NCBI RefSeq assembly: GCF_002113885.1
Contig: NW_018407609.1
Coordinates: forward strand, 1,929 to 65,928
Direction of reading: 5' to 3'
DNA from: Mizuhopecten yessoensis
Lineage: Eukaryota
DNA: 64,000 nucleotides
The position numbers and the translations under genes were made by a program. The notes beneath the pieces were generated by a model. The model saw only the letters and a program-made list of their open reading frames with translations, made no database searches and had not been told where the DNA came from. The stretch's first letter is position 1. Each line of letters starts with the position of its first letter. This document shows positions 1 to 13,900 of this stretch, piece after piece.

Positions 1-3000
1 GGAACGGATGTATCATACTAGCTCGATCATGTACGGACGTTACAGACAAACTCTAGTTCGGACATTACGTAATTGTTCCATCTAGTACGGACGTAACCTA
101 CTAGCTCGATCATGTACGGACTTAACATACTAGCTCGATCTTGTACGGACGTTACAAACTAGCTGTTTCTAGTACGGACGATACATACTAGCTCGATCAT
201 GTATGGACGTAACATACCAGCTCTAGTGCTGACATTACGTAATTGTTCTATCTAGAACGGACGTAACATACTAGCTCGATCATGTACGGACGTTATAGAA
301 TAGCTCTAGTTCGGACATTACGTAATTGTTCCATCTAGTACGGACGTAACATACTAGCTCGACCATGTACGGACATAACATACTAGCTCGATCATGTACG
401 GACGTTACAGACTAGCTCTAGTTCGGACATTACGTTATTGTTCAAACTAGTACGGACGAAACATACTAGCTCGATCATGTACGGACGTTACAAACTAGCT
501 CTAGTTCGGACATTACGTAATTGTTCTATCTAGTACGGATGCAACATGCTTGCCCGACCATGTACGGACGTAACATACTAGCTGTATCTAATACGGACGT
601 TACATACTAGCTCGATCATGTATGGACGTTACACACTAGCTCTAGTTCGGACATTACGTAATTGTTCTATCTAATACGGACATAACATACTAGCTGTATC
701 TCGTGTGGACATAAGATACTAGCTTGATCATGTACGGACGTAACATACTAGCTCGATCATGTACGGACGTTACACACTAGCTCTAGTTCGGACATTACGT
801 AATTGTTCTATCTAATACGGACGTAACATACTAGCTCGATCATGTACGGACGTAACATACTAGCTCTAGTTCGGACATTACGTAATTGTTCTATCTAGAA
901 CAGACGTAACATACTAGCTCGACCATGTACGGACGTAACATACTAGCTCGATCATGTACGGACGTTACAGACTAGCTCTAGTTCGGACATTACGTAATTG
1001 TTCTATCTAGAACGGACGTAACATACTAGCTCGATCATGTACGGACGTAACATACTAGCTCGATCATGTACGGACGTTACAGACTAGCTCTAGTTCGGAC
1101 ATTACGTAATTGTTCTATCTAGAACGGACGTAACATACTAGCTCGATCATGTACGGACGTAACATACTAGCTCGATCATGTACGGACGTTACAGACTAGC
1201 TCTAGTTCGGACATTACGTAATTGTTCTATCTAGAACGGACGTAACATACTAGCTCGATCATGTACGGACGTAACATACTAGCTCGATCATGTACGGACG
1301 TTACAGACTAGCTCTAGTTCGGACATTACGTAATTGTTCTATCTAGAACGGACGTAACATACTAGCTCGATCATGTACGGACGTAACATACTAGCTCGAT
1401 CATGTACGGACGTAACATACTAGCTCTAGTTCGGACATTACGTAATTGTTCTATCTAGAACGGACGTAACATACTAGCTCGATCATGTACGGACGTAACA
1501 TACTAGCTCGATCATGTACGGACGTAACATACTAGCTCTAGTTCGGACATTACGTAATTGTTCTATCTAGAACGGACGTAACATACTAGCTCGATCATGT
1601 ACGGACGTAACATACTAGCTCGATCATGTACGGACGTAACATACTAGCTCTAGTTCGGACATTACGTAATTGTTCTATCTAGAACGGACGTAACATACTA
1701 GCTCGATCATGTACGGACGTAACATACTAGCTCGATCATGTACGGACGTAACATACTAGCTCTAGTTCGGACATTACGTAATTGTTCTATCTAGAACGGA
1801 CGTAACATACTAGCTCGATCATGTACGGACGTAACATACTAGCTCGATCATGTACGGACGTAACATACTAGCTCTAGTTCGGACATTACGTAATTGTTCT
1901 ATCTAGAACGGACGTAACATACTAGCTCGATCATGTACGGACGTAACATACTAGCTCGATCATGTACGGACGTAACATACTAGCTCTAGTTCGGACATTA
2001 CGTAATTGTTCTATCTAGAACGGACGTAACATACTAGCTCGATCATGTACGGACGTAACATACTAGCTCGATCATGTACGGACGTAACATACTAGCTCTA
2101 GTTCGGACATTACGTAATTGTTCTATCTAGAACGGACGTAACATACTAGCTCGATCATGTACGGACGTAACATACTAGCTCGATCATGTACGGACGTAAC
2201 ATACTAGCTCTAGTTCGGACATTACGTAATTGTTCTATCTAGTACGGACGTAACATACTAGCTCGACCATGTACGGACGTAACATACTAGCTCGATCATG
2301 TACGGACGTTACAGACTAGCTCTAGTTCGGACATTACGTAATTGTTCTATCTAGAACGGACGTAACATACTAGCTCGATCATGTACGGACGTAACATACT
2401 AGCTCGATCATGTACGGACGTAACATACTAGCTCTAGTTCGGACATTACGTAATTGTTCTATCTAGAACGGACGTAACATACTAGCTCGATCATGTACGG
2501 ACGTAACATACTAGCTCGATCATGTACGGACGTAACATACTAGCTCTAGTTCGGACATTACGTAATTGTTCTATCTAGAACGGACGTAACATACTAGCTC
2601 GATCATGTACGGACGTAACATACTAGCTCGATCATGTACGGACGTAACATACTAGCTCTAGTTCGGACATTACGTAATTGTTCTATCTAGAACGGACGTA
2701 ACATACTAGCTCGATCATGTACGGACGTAACATACTAGCTCGATCATGTACGGACGTAACATACTAGCTCTAGTTCGGACATTACGTAATTGTTCTATCT
2801 AGAACGGACGTAACATACTAGCTCGATCATGTACGGACGTAACATACTAGCTCGATCATGTACGGACGTAACATACTAGCTCTAGTTCGGACATTACGTA
2901 ATTGTTCTATCTAGAACGGACGTAACATACTAGCTCGATCATGTACGGACGTAACATACTAGCTCGATCATGTACGGACGTTACAGACTAGCTCTAGTTC

Positions 3001-4960
3001 GGACATTACGTAATTGTGCTATCTAGAACGGACGTAACATACTAGCTCGATCATGTACGGACGTTACAGACAAGCTCTAGTTCGGACATTACGTAATTGT
3101 TCCATCTAGTACGGACGTAACCTACTAGCTCGACCATGTACGGACGTAACATACTAGCTTGATCATGTACGGACGTTACAGACAAGCTCTAGTTCGGACA
3201 TTACGTAATTGTTCCATCTAGTACGGACGTAACATACTAGCTCGACCATTTACGGACATAACATACTAGCTCGATCATGTACGGACGTTACAGACTAGCT
3301 CTAGTTCGGACATTACGTAATTGTGCTATCTAGAACGGACGTATCATACTAGCTCGATCATGTACGGACGTTACAGACAAACTCTAGTTCGGACATTACG
3401 TAATTGTTCCATCTAGTACGGACGTAACCTACTAGCTCGATCATGTACGGACTTAACATACTAGCTCGATCTTGTACGGACGTTACAAACTAGCTGTTTC
3501 TAGTACGGACGATACATACTAGCTCGATCATTTATGGACGTAACATACCAGCTCTAGTGCTGACATTACGTAATTGTTCTATCTTGTACGGACGTAACAT
3601 ACTAGCTCGATCATGTACGGACCTTACATACTAGCTCGATCATGTACGGACGTTACACACTAGCTCTGGTTCGGACATTACGTAATTGTTCTATCTAGTA
3701 CGGACGTAACATTCTAGCTCGATCATGTACGGACGTTACATACTAGCTCTAGTTCGGACATTACGTAATTGTTTTATCTAATACGGACGTAACATACTAG
3801 CTCGACCATGTACGGACGCAACATACTAGCTCTGGTTCGGACATTACGTAATTGTTCTATCTAGAACGGACGTAACATAGCTCGATCATGTACGAGCGTA
3901 ACATACTAGCTCGATCATGTTCGGACATTCTGTACTTGATCTATCTAGTACGGCCGTAACATACTAGTTCGATCATGTACGGACGTAACATACTAGCTCG
4001 ATCATGTACGGACGTTACAGACTAGCTGTATCTCGTGTGGACGTAACATACTAGCTGTATCTAGTACGGACGTAACATACTAGCTCGATCATGTTTGGAC
4101 ATTACGTATATCTATCTAGTACGGACGTAACATACTAGCTCGATCATATTTGGACATTACGTAATTGATCTATCTAGTACGGACGTAACATACTATCTCG
4201 ATCATGTACGAACGTTACAAACTAGCTCTAGTTCGGACATAACGTAATTGTTCTATCTAGTACAGACGTAACATACTAGCTGGATCATGTACGGACGTAA
4301 CATACTAGCTGTATCTAGTACGGACGTAACATACTAGCTCGACCATGTACGGATGTTACAGACTAGCTCTAGTTCGACATTACGTAATTGGTCTATCTAG
4401 TTCGGACGTTACAGACTAGCTTATTGATGTATGGATGTAACATACTAGCTCATCTCGGACTTAACGTACATGTTTTATTGGATACGGATGTAACATACTA
4501 GCAGCTTCGTTTAGTACGGGCGTTACATAAAGCATACACTGACGGTAGATACAGGTCTAGTGCTTCATCAATTACGGACGTTTTATCTATCTCTGACGAA
4601 CGTTACATAATAGCTTTATCTAGATCTAATAACAAAACTGCCTCTGCATGCAAGGACGTTACAATGTAAATACTGATATTTCAGCTAGTTTTATCTAACT
4701 ACGGACGTTACAATGTAGCGTTAATACAGGCGTTTCATATAGCTATTCCTAACTACGGACGTTACAATATAGTGTTAATACAGGCGCTTCATATAGCTTT
4801 TTTTAACTACGTATAGTCCAGGCGTTATATACTACCGTTATCTTGTGTGGATGGCATACGTTACATTGATCTAGTATGGACGTTATATTATAGATGTTTA
4901 GTAGGGACGTTATATACCTCTATCTAATCACTACAGGCGCATACTCCATTCAGTACATAC
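1..4960. repeat. Satellite with a 112-bp higher-order repeat (29+29+25+29 bp GGAC-initiated subunits), in SPO11 intron 12
   Basis: GGACATTACGTAATTG recurs every 112 bp (e.g. 1321, 1433). Subunits are GGACGTAACATACTAGCTCGATCATGTAC x2, GGACGTAACATACTAGCTCTAGTTC and GGACATTACGTAATTGTTCTATCTAGAAC. The core (~900-3000) is homogeneous and the array degenerates towards ~4960. Confidence 0.95.
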
Positions 4961-4976
4961 GTCACTTAGGCCTTAC

Positions 4977-7900
4977 CTCCCTTTGGAAAGCAGCGGACTG
5001 GCTGTAGTACGGACGAGATTTCAGCTCGACCACCTTTTCGCGGTCAGCCTTGGTCATTGGTAGTAGATCCGCCCGACCAATACCCAACCTGGTAATGGAA
5101 TACAGAGATAACACGACAGACTTTCACGACCGTTAACATATTCTTTGGACGGCAGTTTCTTCGTTTTCGTTGGTTTAATAGTACAATACCATGAAAACTT
5201 ATATCCGTGTCCCGGGCAAGATTAAAACCAATTTTTTTTGTCTGGAATTAATCCTACATATAAATCTATGCAAGTCTGCAAGAAACGTGTCTGCATATTA
5301 TTTTAAAAGACGGTAAACGCATTTCAATTCAGTAATGTTGTAAATTTCATTGTTGATTTTAACCAGATAATTAATTCGCAACACCTATTGTCGGTCCTGT
5401 TCAACCGTGGATTGATACGCAACCCTTTTTACAAACATTTCTAAACACTTAAATTGTTTATAAGAATAAGCATTGCCATTGGCAAAGCAGCATACCGTAC
5501 CTTGTGACGTCACTGGGCAAGACACCTATCCACCCGAGGGAAGGTACAGTGAGGTAGCTGGATTCGTGAGATAAGGCCTAAACAGACGAGATTACTACAA
5601 ATTAGTGTATTTTCGTCAGTATTTATTTTTGCGTTTATGTGCCACACGCCCGCCACCCCTTAATTTTACGGTTCTCTCTAGTTGAATCATTGTGAACAAA
5701 ATATATATGTAACGACAAACGGAAAACTTACCCTGGATCCGTACTTATAGATGGACATAATCTCAATACCTACAACAGAAATGTAATATCGACATTGGCA
5801 ATGACTCGCTTACCAGTGGTTTCGATCAACATATCTAAGAGGAGATAGTATGTGTTGGGTCGAAACCAGTTCGCGTTTACGGATACTGCCATTTGGACCA
5901 CATGGACCACATGGACTGGAGAATTCGTAAACCCCTAAAACGTCTAAAATTACTCTGAACACCTTAGATTAGGGCCAAAAATAGCTGTAACAAATTCTCA
6001 GGTCCCTGTGATTTGGACCACATATAGTAAAACCACGTTATAATGCCATCATTTGTCGAGCGAAATTTGTCCTACAGATGTTTGGCAATTCGTCGTGAAA
6101 GATGCAAAAGTGACATTAATAACATGTTGGGGTGTTATATATCATTAGGTGACAAATGAAACGAGGGGCATTATATCAAGATTTAAATGAATCGAGAATT
6201 AACATAAATAAGAGTAGTGGGCTTCATCCAAGTCAACAATCTCCAGCATTGTAACATCGACAAAAACGAATGAGAAAAGTGGACATCACAAGTTAGAAGA
6301 TATGAAAAGCAAGAAACATGTGTAAGTGAGTCTGTGACGCACCGTGAGGATCAGCATCCACCAACACCATGACTGGTATGTGGAAGGAATCCCATAGCTT
6401 CCTAAGCAACATCCGGGTATTCACGTCGGGAAATCCCTTACCCTGCAAAGAACATGTGTGATGTATAATGTGAATACATGTTGCGCCAGAGAACAAGCAA
6501 AGAAAAGAACGAACAGTTATAAATGGAGATGACATACCGTAATGAGTATGGCTGGACCAAGCTTGGTGCAGAATCCGTTGTCAATGAGATTCTGAAAGGT
6601 GGCATCCTTCTCCACAACGAGAATAAACGACGCATCCGTATGCAAATGTAAGAATGTCAAGGTCATAGTAATATGAATATGTATAAGAGAATCGAATGTC
6701 AAAGGTCAAAATAAGGGAATATATATGGCAACAGACGCCAGGATCACAAGGCAGTGTATAATGGTATTGTAGATCAAATATATTTGTATGCGAATAACTA
6801 AACACAATCTGTGACCGTGTCGTACGGATGTGAATGTGTATGCATGTTACATTTTTGTAGGCGTGTCGTGTCCATATGAAGGCATGTCAAAGTCATGAGA
6901 TCGTGGATGTGTCAAGGTCATAAGAACGTAAAATGCAGGCGTGTCGAGGTATCAAGGACGTGGATGTGTCATGTCAGTGTGTGGGTATATCAGGTTAATG
7001 TGAGTGTGTATCAAGGTTTGGTTTAGTATTGTTTAACGTCCTATCAACAGCTATGGTTATTTTTTTATAAGAAGTTCTTTATGCACAACCAATAAAAATT
7101 TCTATGTGACGTTTCGATGACTAGTACGATATGTACACTGTCACCTTCATTAGAAAAATGACCAATGAAGCGTATGCACACAAAGGTGAACAATGTGTAC
7201 GAGTTATCCATAAAATCGATGTCGATTTCGTCTACGCTGGAAACGTATGTACAATAGTTGTTATATATGTACCGAAATGGCTCAATTCAGCTACGCTTTG
7301 TTAACACTTGGTCATAGATGTGCGAGAGTCTATGAGCCCCCTCATCTCGATTTAGAACTGGCCCAGTGCGGCGTATCCAGATGACTTCCTTTATCTGCCG
7401 CTCGAACAGATTGTTCTCTCGTGATTGCCGATTTATTTATTTTGGACTCCGACTGTTTTCTTTCGGATCTGGTGAATCTACGTTTCCAGCGTAGCCGAAA
7501 TTGACATCGATTTTATGGTCAACTCGTACACATTTTACACCTTTGTGTGCATACGCTTCATTGGTCATTTTTTCCGATGAAGGTGACAGTGTACATATCG
7601 TACTAGTCATCGAAACGTCACATAGACAATTTTATTGGTTGTGTAAAAAGAACTTCTCATAATCCATACTTGCCAACCTGAAGAAAATGTTTAGCAATAG
7701 CTATGGTTATTGAAGGACGGCCTCCCCTGTGTGCAAGATGCATACGTGTAGTGTNCCCCCCCCCATGAGTTTCGGTAAGGCATTTTCATTATAAAGGATA
7801 TAACTCAAAGATCTAACGTCATTAGGAACCATCACACCCTGAAATAGAAAAGTTAGCATACACCGTACTGTGATATTATGTTGTTTTATACATACTTACT

Positions 7901-10900
7901 ATCACTAGTGGATGTTTGAAAAAAACATGCGCACTTAAAGCTGACGCATAGCATAAACTCAAACGCAAATCCATGAGTAGGGGTTTGACTATTTGAAATA
8001 ATAGTATACATACTTTATGTAAAATATAAATGGAGGAAATATGTAGGTGGGACTTGGCATAAGGTGAACTTTAAGTGACTGTGAGAGAAAATTGCATACA
8101 TCATTGGTGGTAGGGTTTGGGAGGGTCAGGGACATTTTATTTAATAACTGAATTGCCTTCAGTTGGCACTCATAGTCAATATGAATGCCATTCGAACGTG
8201 TGACGAATTCGAAGTGCTGCTAGGATTCATGTTGAAGGTGTTATGTTCCATCTGGCACCGCTGGTTTTTTTCGTCAAATACGCTGTAACTGATCTTACCG
8301 TACGAGTGGATTTACAGTCGACTAAGTTCCCGTCGCCATCTTGAAACGACAAATCCCCGGCTACGCACCCTTTAGAGGAAGCTAACTAAAAGAAATATAA
8401 ATGGAATTCAGAGCATGACTTGTAAAGCCTACTTAATTTCTTTCTAAACATTTATATAGATACTACAAGTCGTAACAATAACACATGCTGTGCGATCCTT
8501 CTAAAGATATGTTGGCTATTTTGAGAAATAAGAGGCCCATGGGCCTTAACGGTCACCTGACATCCGATTCAAATTAGGACTGTCATCCAGGGGCCAATTC
8601 ATACTTTTCGTCGGTCTGAGTGACCTTGCTGCATCGTCCATTAATTTTTCCTTGTGAACACAATAACTTCAGTAAATATGAACCGATTGGTCAAATTGGT
8701 CCAGTAATCAAACTCATCCAAATTCTCATTGATACAAAGCTGCATACAAAGTTTCATCAAACTTGGTTAACATTTCCTTAAGTTATCCTGTTCACAAGGT
8801 CCAATAATAATACAAAGGGCTATAACTCTGTAAGTTACGTCGAATAATTCCTATTTTCGAACTCGTCCGAGATCTTTTTGTTATATGGCTGCATACAAAG
8901 TTTCATCAAACTCGGTTAACATTTACTCAAGTTATCGTGTTCACAAGGTCCAATAATAATATTACAAAGGGCAATTACTCTGTAAGTTACTTTCGAATAA
9001 TTCCCATTTTCGAATTCGACCGATATCTTTTTGATATATGGCTGCATACAAAGTTTCATCAAACTCGATTAACAATAACTGATATCGTGCTCACAAGGAA
9101 AAGTTAACGCACGCCGCACGACGCACGACGATATAGTGAGCGTTACACATGGGGTATGGAGGGTGGGCAGCCGCTAGAGCGTTTGTGCTGATTCGTATCC
9201 CTGTCGGCCGTGCTGAAGGCTAAGGGGAGACTCGGACTCACCACGTGCAGGCCCCATCGCGGTATGTCCAGTAGACAGGAGAGGTTGTCCACCACCTCGT
9301 CCAGTTGCGCCTGACTCCCGAACCCCGACACATCCTGGTAATAGATGTCTCTGGAGCAAAAATCCAAACGGTGGGTTTAAACGTGTAAATACAGTTTATA
9401 TTGATATGTAATGAGTAACATAGTATTTCAGTGAGTTACATAGTATGTCAGTGTGTTGCATAGTATTTCAGTGTGTTAAATAGTATTTCAATGTGTTACA
9501 TAGTATTTCAGTGTGTAACATAGTATGTCAATGTGTTACATAGTATTTCAGTGTGTTACATTGTATTTCAGTGTGTAACATAGTATTTTTTTTATATATA
9601 TTTCTGAAGTGAATACAATCTTGCATGAATGTATCAACATGGAGGCAAACCTAGCCATGGCTAAGTGATTAGAAAAAACAAAGACAGAGAACAAGCTTTC
9701 CATTACGTAGAAGCAATCCTATATATAATGTATTGTATACACTTCTAATAATCGCGATGAGCACGTTGCTAGTGCTACATATGTCTCACCATTATTCCTG
9801 TCTTGTAGAAATACTGACCTTTTGGTGCAGTGTTTTCCTGTCTGTACCAGTCTGTATATGACACCCAGGACTTTTAACATCAGGCCTGTCACAAAGTAAA
9901 GGATCGGTCTTATGTACACTACCCTGTACATTGTCTTCTGACCACAGGGCCCGGCCAATATGATACACGTATGAGGGGCATATGTAAATAAATGTAAGCA
10001 ATGTGTCTTCTGTCCACAGGGCCCGGCCAATATAATACACGTATGAGGGGCATACGTAAATAAATGTAAGCAATGGGTCTTCTGACCACAGGGCCCAACC
10101 AATATGATACACGTATGAGGGGCATATGTAAATAAATGTAAGCAATGTGTTTTGACCACAGGGGCCGGACCAATATGATATACCCGGCCCATGTGGCGAA
10201 TAAAACTCAATTGCTCGTTATAGCGTTCATAAAAGCACAGGGACATGCGAATTGGTTACTGTTTAGCTATATGTTTGAACCTAAACTGGTGAGTTCAAGG
10301 TAGTATAAGACGTCCAACTTTCGGTAAAAATGCCACCGAAATGATGTGGCATCTACGATCTAAACTCGTTTTATGGGTTTAGATCATCTTTCGATAAAGA
10401 TATCACTACAATGATGGTATAACTTATTTTAGGGGTTTGTATCAATTTTCGGTACGGATGCCAACCGCAATAATAGTATAGCTTGTTAATATCTCACACC
10501 TACCGAGTTTCTTTACAGATGTTTGAGAGCTAAATCTGACTGATGTCATTTTCAGTTGTTTTTCCATCTTCAGTCCATAGTCTTCCTCAAAACTGAAACA
10601 ATAGTCATGAATCTGAATGTGACCGTCTCTTTTTTTCATAAAAAAATAATAATAACAAACTCAGCCTAGAAAAAATATGAACACGTACAAGAATCTACAC
10701 CAATATATGATGTACTTCTCAATTTTTTTCCCAAAATTCAGAATTTCCCCTTCCCCTGCACCACTTCTTCCCAACTTAAGCAACCTCAACATTCACAAAG
10801 AAAAATATCGAGCGTGCCAGTTATTCCAAACTTTTAAATTACATGATTTTTTTTCTACTAGGTCTCTAGTTCCTATTATAATAGGTCAAAATCGAAGGTC

Positions 10901-13900
10901 AATTGATTTCTGTACCATGCTTGGTCAGTCGATGACGTGTTTAAATTGATTTAGCAAAACAAAAACAAATCCTACCTGATATTGTCCCAGGACGTCCGAC
11001 TTTTGTAGACCAATGTTTTGAAATCCTACCTGATATTGTCCCAGGACGTCCGACTGTTGTAGACCTATGTTGTGAAATCCTACCTGATATTGTCCTAGAA
11101 TGTCCGACTGTTGTAGACCAATGTTGTGAAATCCTACCTGATATTGTCCTAGAATGTCCGACTGTTGTAGACCAATGTTGTGAAATCCTACCTGATATTG
11201 TTTCAGGACGTTCGACTGTTGTAGACCAATGTTGTGAACTCCTACCTGATATTGTCCCAGGACGTCCGACTGTTGTAGACCAATGTTGGGGGCTCCTACC
11301 TGATATTGTCCCAGGATGTCCGACTGTTGTAGACCAATGTTGTGAAATCCTACCTGATATTGTCCCAGGACGTCCGACTATTGCAGACCAATGTTGTGAA
11401 ATCCTACCTGATATTGTCCCAGGATGTCCGACTGTTGTAGACCAATGTTGTGAAATCCTACCTGATATTGTCCCAGGACGTCCGACTGTTGTAGACCAAT
11501 GTTGTGAAATCCTACCTGATATTGTCCCAGGACGTCCGACTGTTGTAGACCAATGTTGTGAAATCCTACCTGATATTGTCCCAGGACGTCCGACTGTTGT
11601 AGACCAATGTTGTGAAATCCTACCTGATATTGTCCCAGGACGTCCGACTGTTGTAGACCAATGTTGTGAAATCCTACCTGATATTGTCCCAGGACGTCCG
11701 ACTGTTGTAGACCAATGTTGTGAAATCCTACCTGATATTGTCCCAGGACGTCCGACTGTTGTAGACCAATGTTGTGAAATCCTACCTGATATTGTCCCAG
11801 GACGTCCGACTGTTGTAGACCAATGTTGTGAAATCCTACCTGATATTGTCCCAGGACGTCCGACTGTTGTAGACCAATGTTGTGAAATCCTACCTGATAT
11901 TGTCCCAGGACGTCCGACTGTTGTAGACCAATGTTGTGAAATCCTACCTGATATTGTCCCAGGACGTCCGACTGTTGTAGACCAATGTTGTGAAATCCTA
12001 CCTGATATTGTCCCAGGACGTCCGACTGTTGTAGACCAATGTTGTGAAATCCTACCTGATATTGTCCCAGGACGTCCGACTGTTGTAGACCAATGTTGTG
12101 AAATCCTACCTGATATTGTCCCAGGACGTCCGACTGTTGTAGACCAATGTTGTGAAATCCTACCTGATATTGTCCCAGGACGTCCGACTGTTGTAGACCA
12201 ATGTTGTGAAATCCTACCTGATATTGTCCCAGGACGTCCGACTGTTGTAGACCAATGTTGTGAAATCCTACCTGATATTGTCCCAGGACGTCCGACTGTT
12301 GTAGACCAATGTTGTGAAATCCTACCTGATATTGTCCCAGGACGTCCGACTGTTGTAGACCAATGTTGTGAAATCCTACCTGATATTGTCCCAGGACGTC
12401 CGACTGTTGTAGACCAATGTTGTGAAATCCTACCTGATATTGTCCCAGGACGTCCGACTGTTGTAGACCAATGTTGTGAAATCCTACCTGATATTGTCCC
12501 AGGACGTCCGACTGTTGTAGACCAATGTTGTGAAATCCTACCTGATATTGTCCCAGGACGTCCGACTGTTGTAGACCAATGTTGTGAAATCCTACCTGAT
12601 ATTGTCCCAGGACGTCCGACTGTTGTAGACCAATGTTGTGAAATCCTACCTGATATTGTCCCAGGACGTCCGACTGTTGTAGACCAATGTTGTGAAATCC
12701 TACCTGATATTGTCCCAGGACGTCCGACTGTTGTAGACCAATGTTGTGAAATCCTACCTGATATTGTCCCAGGACGTCCGACTGTTGTAGACCAATGTTG
12801 TGAAATCCTACCTGATATTGTCCCAGGACGTCCGACTGTTGTAGACCAATGTTGTGAAATCCTACCTGATATTGTCCCAGGACGTCCGACTGTTGTAGAC
12901 CAATGTTGTGAAATCCTACCTGATATTGTCCCAGGACGTCCGACTGTTGTAGACCAATGTTGTGAAATCCTACCTGATATTGTCCCAGGACGTCCGACTG
13001 TTGTAGACCAATGTTGTGAAATCCTACCTGATATTGTCCCAGGACGTCCGACTGTTGTAGACCAATGTTGTGAAATCCTACCTGATATTGTCCCAGGACG
13101 TCCGACTGTTGTAGACCAATGTTGTGAAATCCTACCTGATATTGTCCCAGGACGTCCGACTGTTGTAGACCAATGTTGTGAAATCCTACCTGATATTGTC
13201 CCAGGACGTCCGACTGTTGTAGACCAATGTTGTGAAATCCTACCTGATATTGTCCCAGGACGTCCGACTGTTGTAGACCAATGTTGTGAAATCCTACCTG
13301 ATATTGTCCCAGGACGTCCGACTGTTGGAGACCAATGTTGTGAAATCCTACCTGATATTGTCCCAGGACGTCCGACTGTTGGAGACCAATGTTGGGGGCT
13401 CTCCACTACTAATCTGTTGTACCAAACTAAGGACGACGTTTTCTATTTTGTGAAGGACGATTCCTTTAGAAGGCTCAGGTCTTAAATAAATAAAAAAAAG
13501 TTCAAATATTTCCCAATTCTAATATAATTGTATTACACCTGTTAAATTGACCGAAGAAAAAAGGTTTGAGAAAAAGTCTCACTTATCTATATATTTGACA
13601 AGTAGGAAAATAATCACACGACGTTAAAAAACAATACAAATAAGAAAATTACTTTTCGGACACCTTTTTTTGTAATTTTGTTGTCCGTAGAATGAGACAC
13701 ACAATCCAGATAGACGGGGTCAAAATGTATATGAAACGCAATCGATTCTCAAAAACACGGTGGTACTTTTAGATGGTAGATTTCAAAATGTCTATTACTT
13801 TTCTATCACGACAGCAGGGACCCTCAGCGTGATGTTCGCCCTCAATTGGCCTCCTTTTGGTGTCTGTTCAAACTTAAAAGTTTTTGCGTACATGCCTCAT

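Noticed and set aside
1-4960. CRISPR-like appearance of the ~29-bp palindromic repeats
   Set aside because: There are no unique spacers and no cas genes, and the context is a eukaryotic intron.
10941-13406. 821-aa repetitive ORF (QHWSTTVGRPGTISGRIS)n
   Set aside because: It is an alternative frame of the 54-bp array. The real frame is SPO11 exon 2, and the openness follows from a stop-free unit divisible by 3.
13799-13893. Alternative SPO11 first exon (MYAKTFKF...)
   Set aside because: It is phase-compatible, but the donor is weak (GTAATA) and it does not resemble SPO11 N-termini. 16187-16290 has a consensus donor and is retained in the duplicate.
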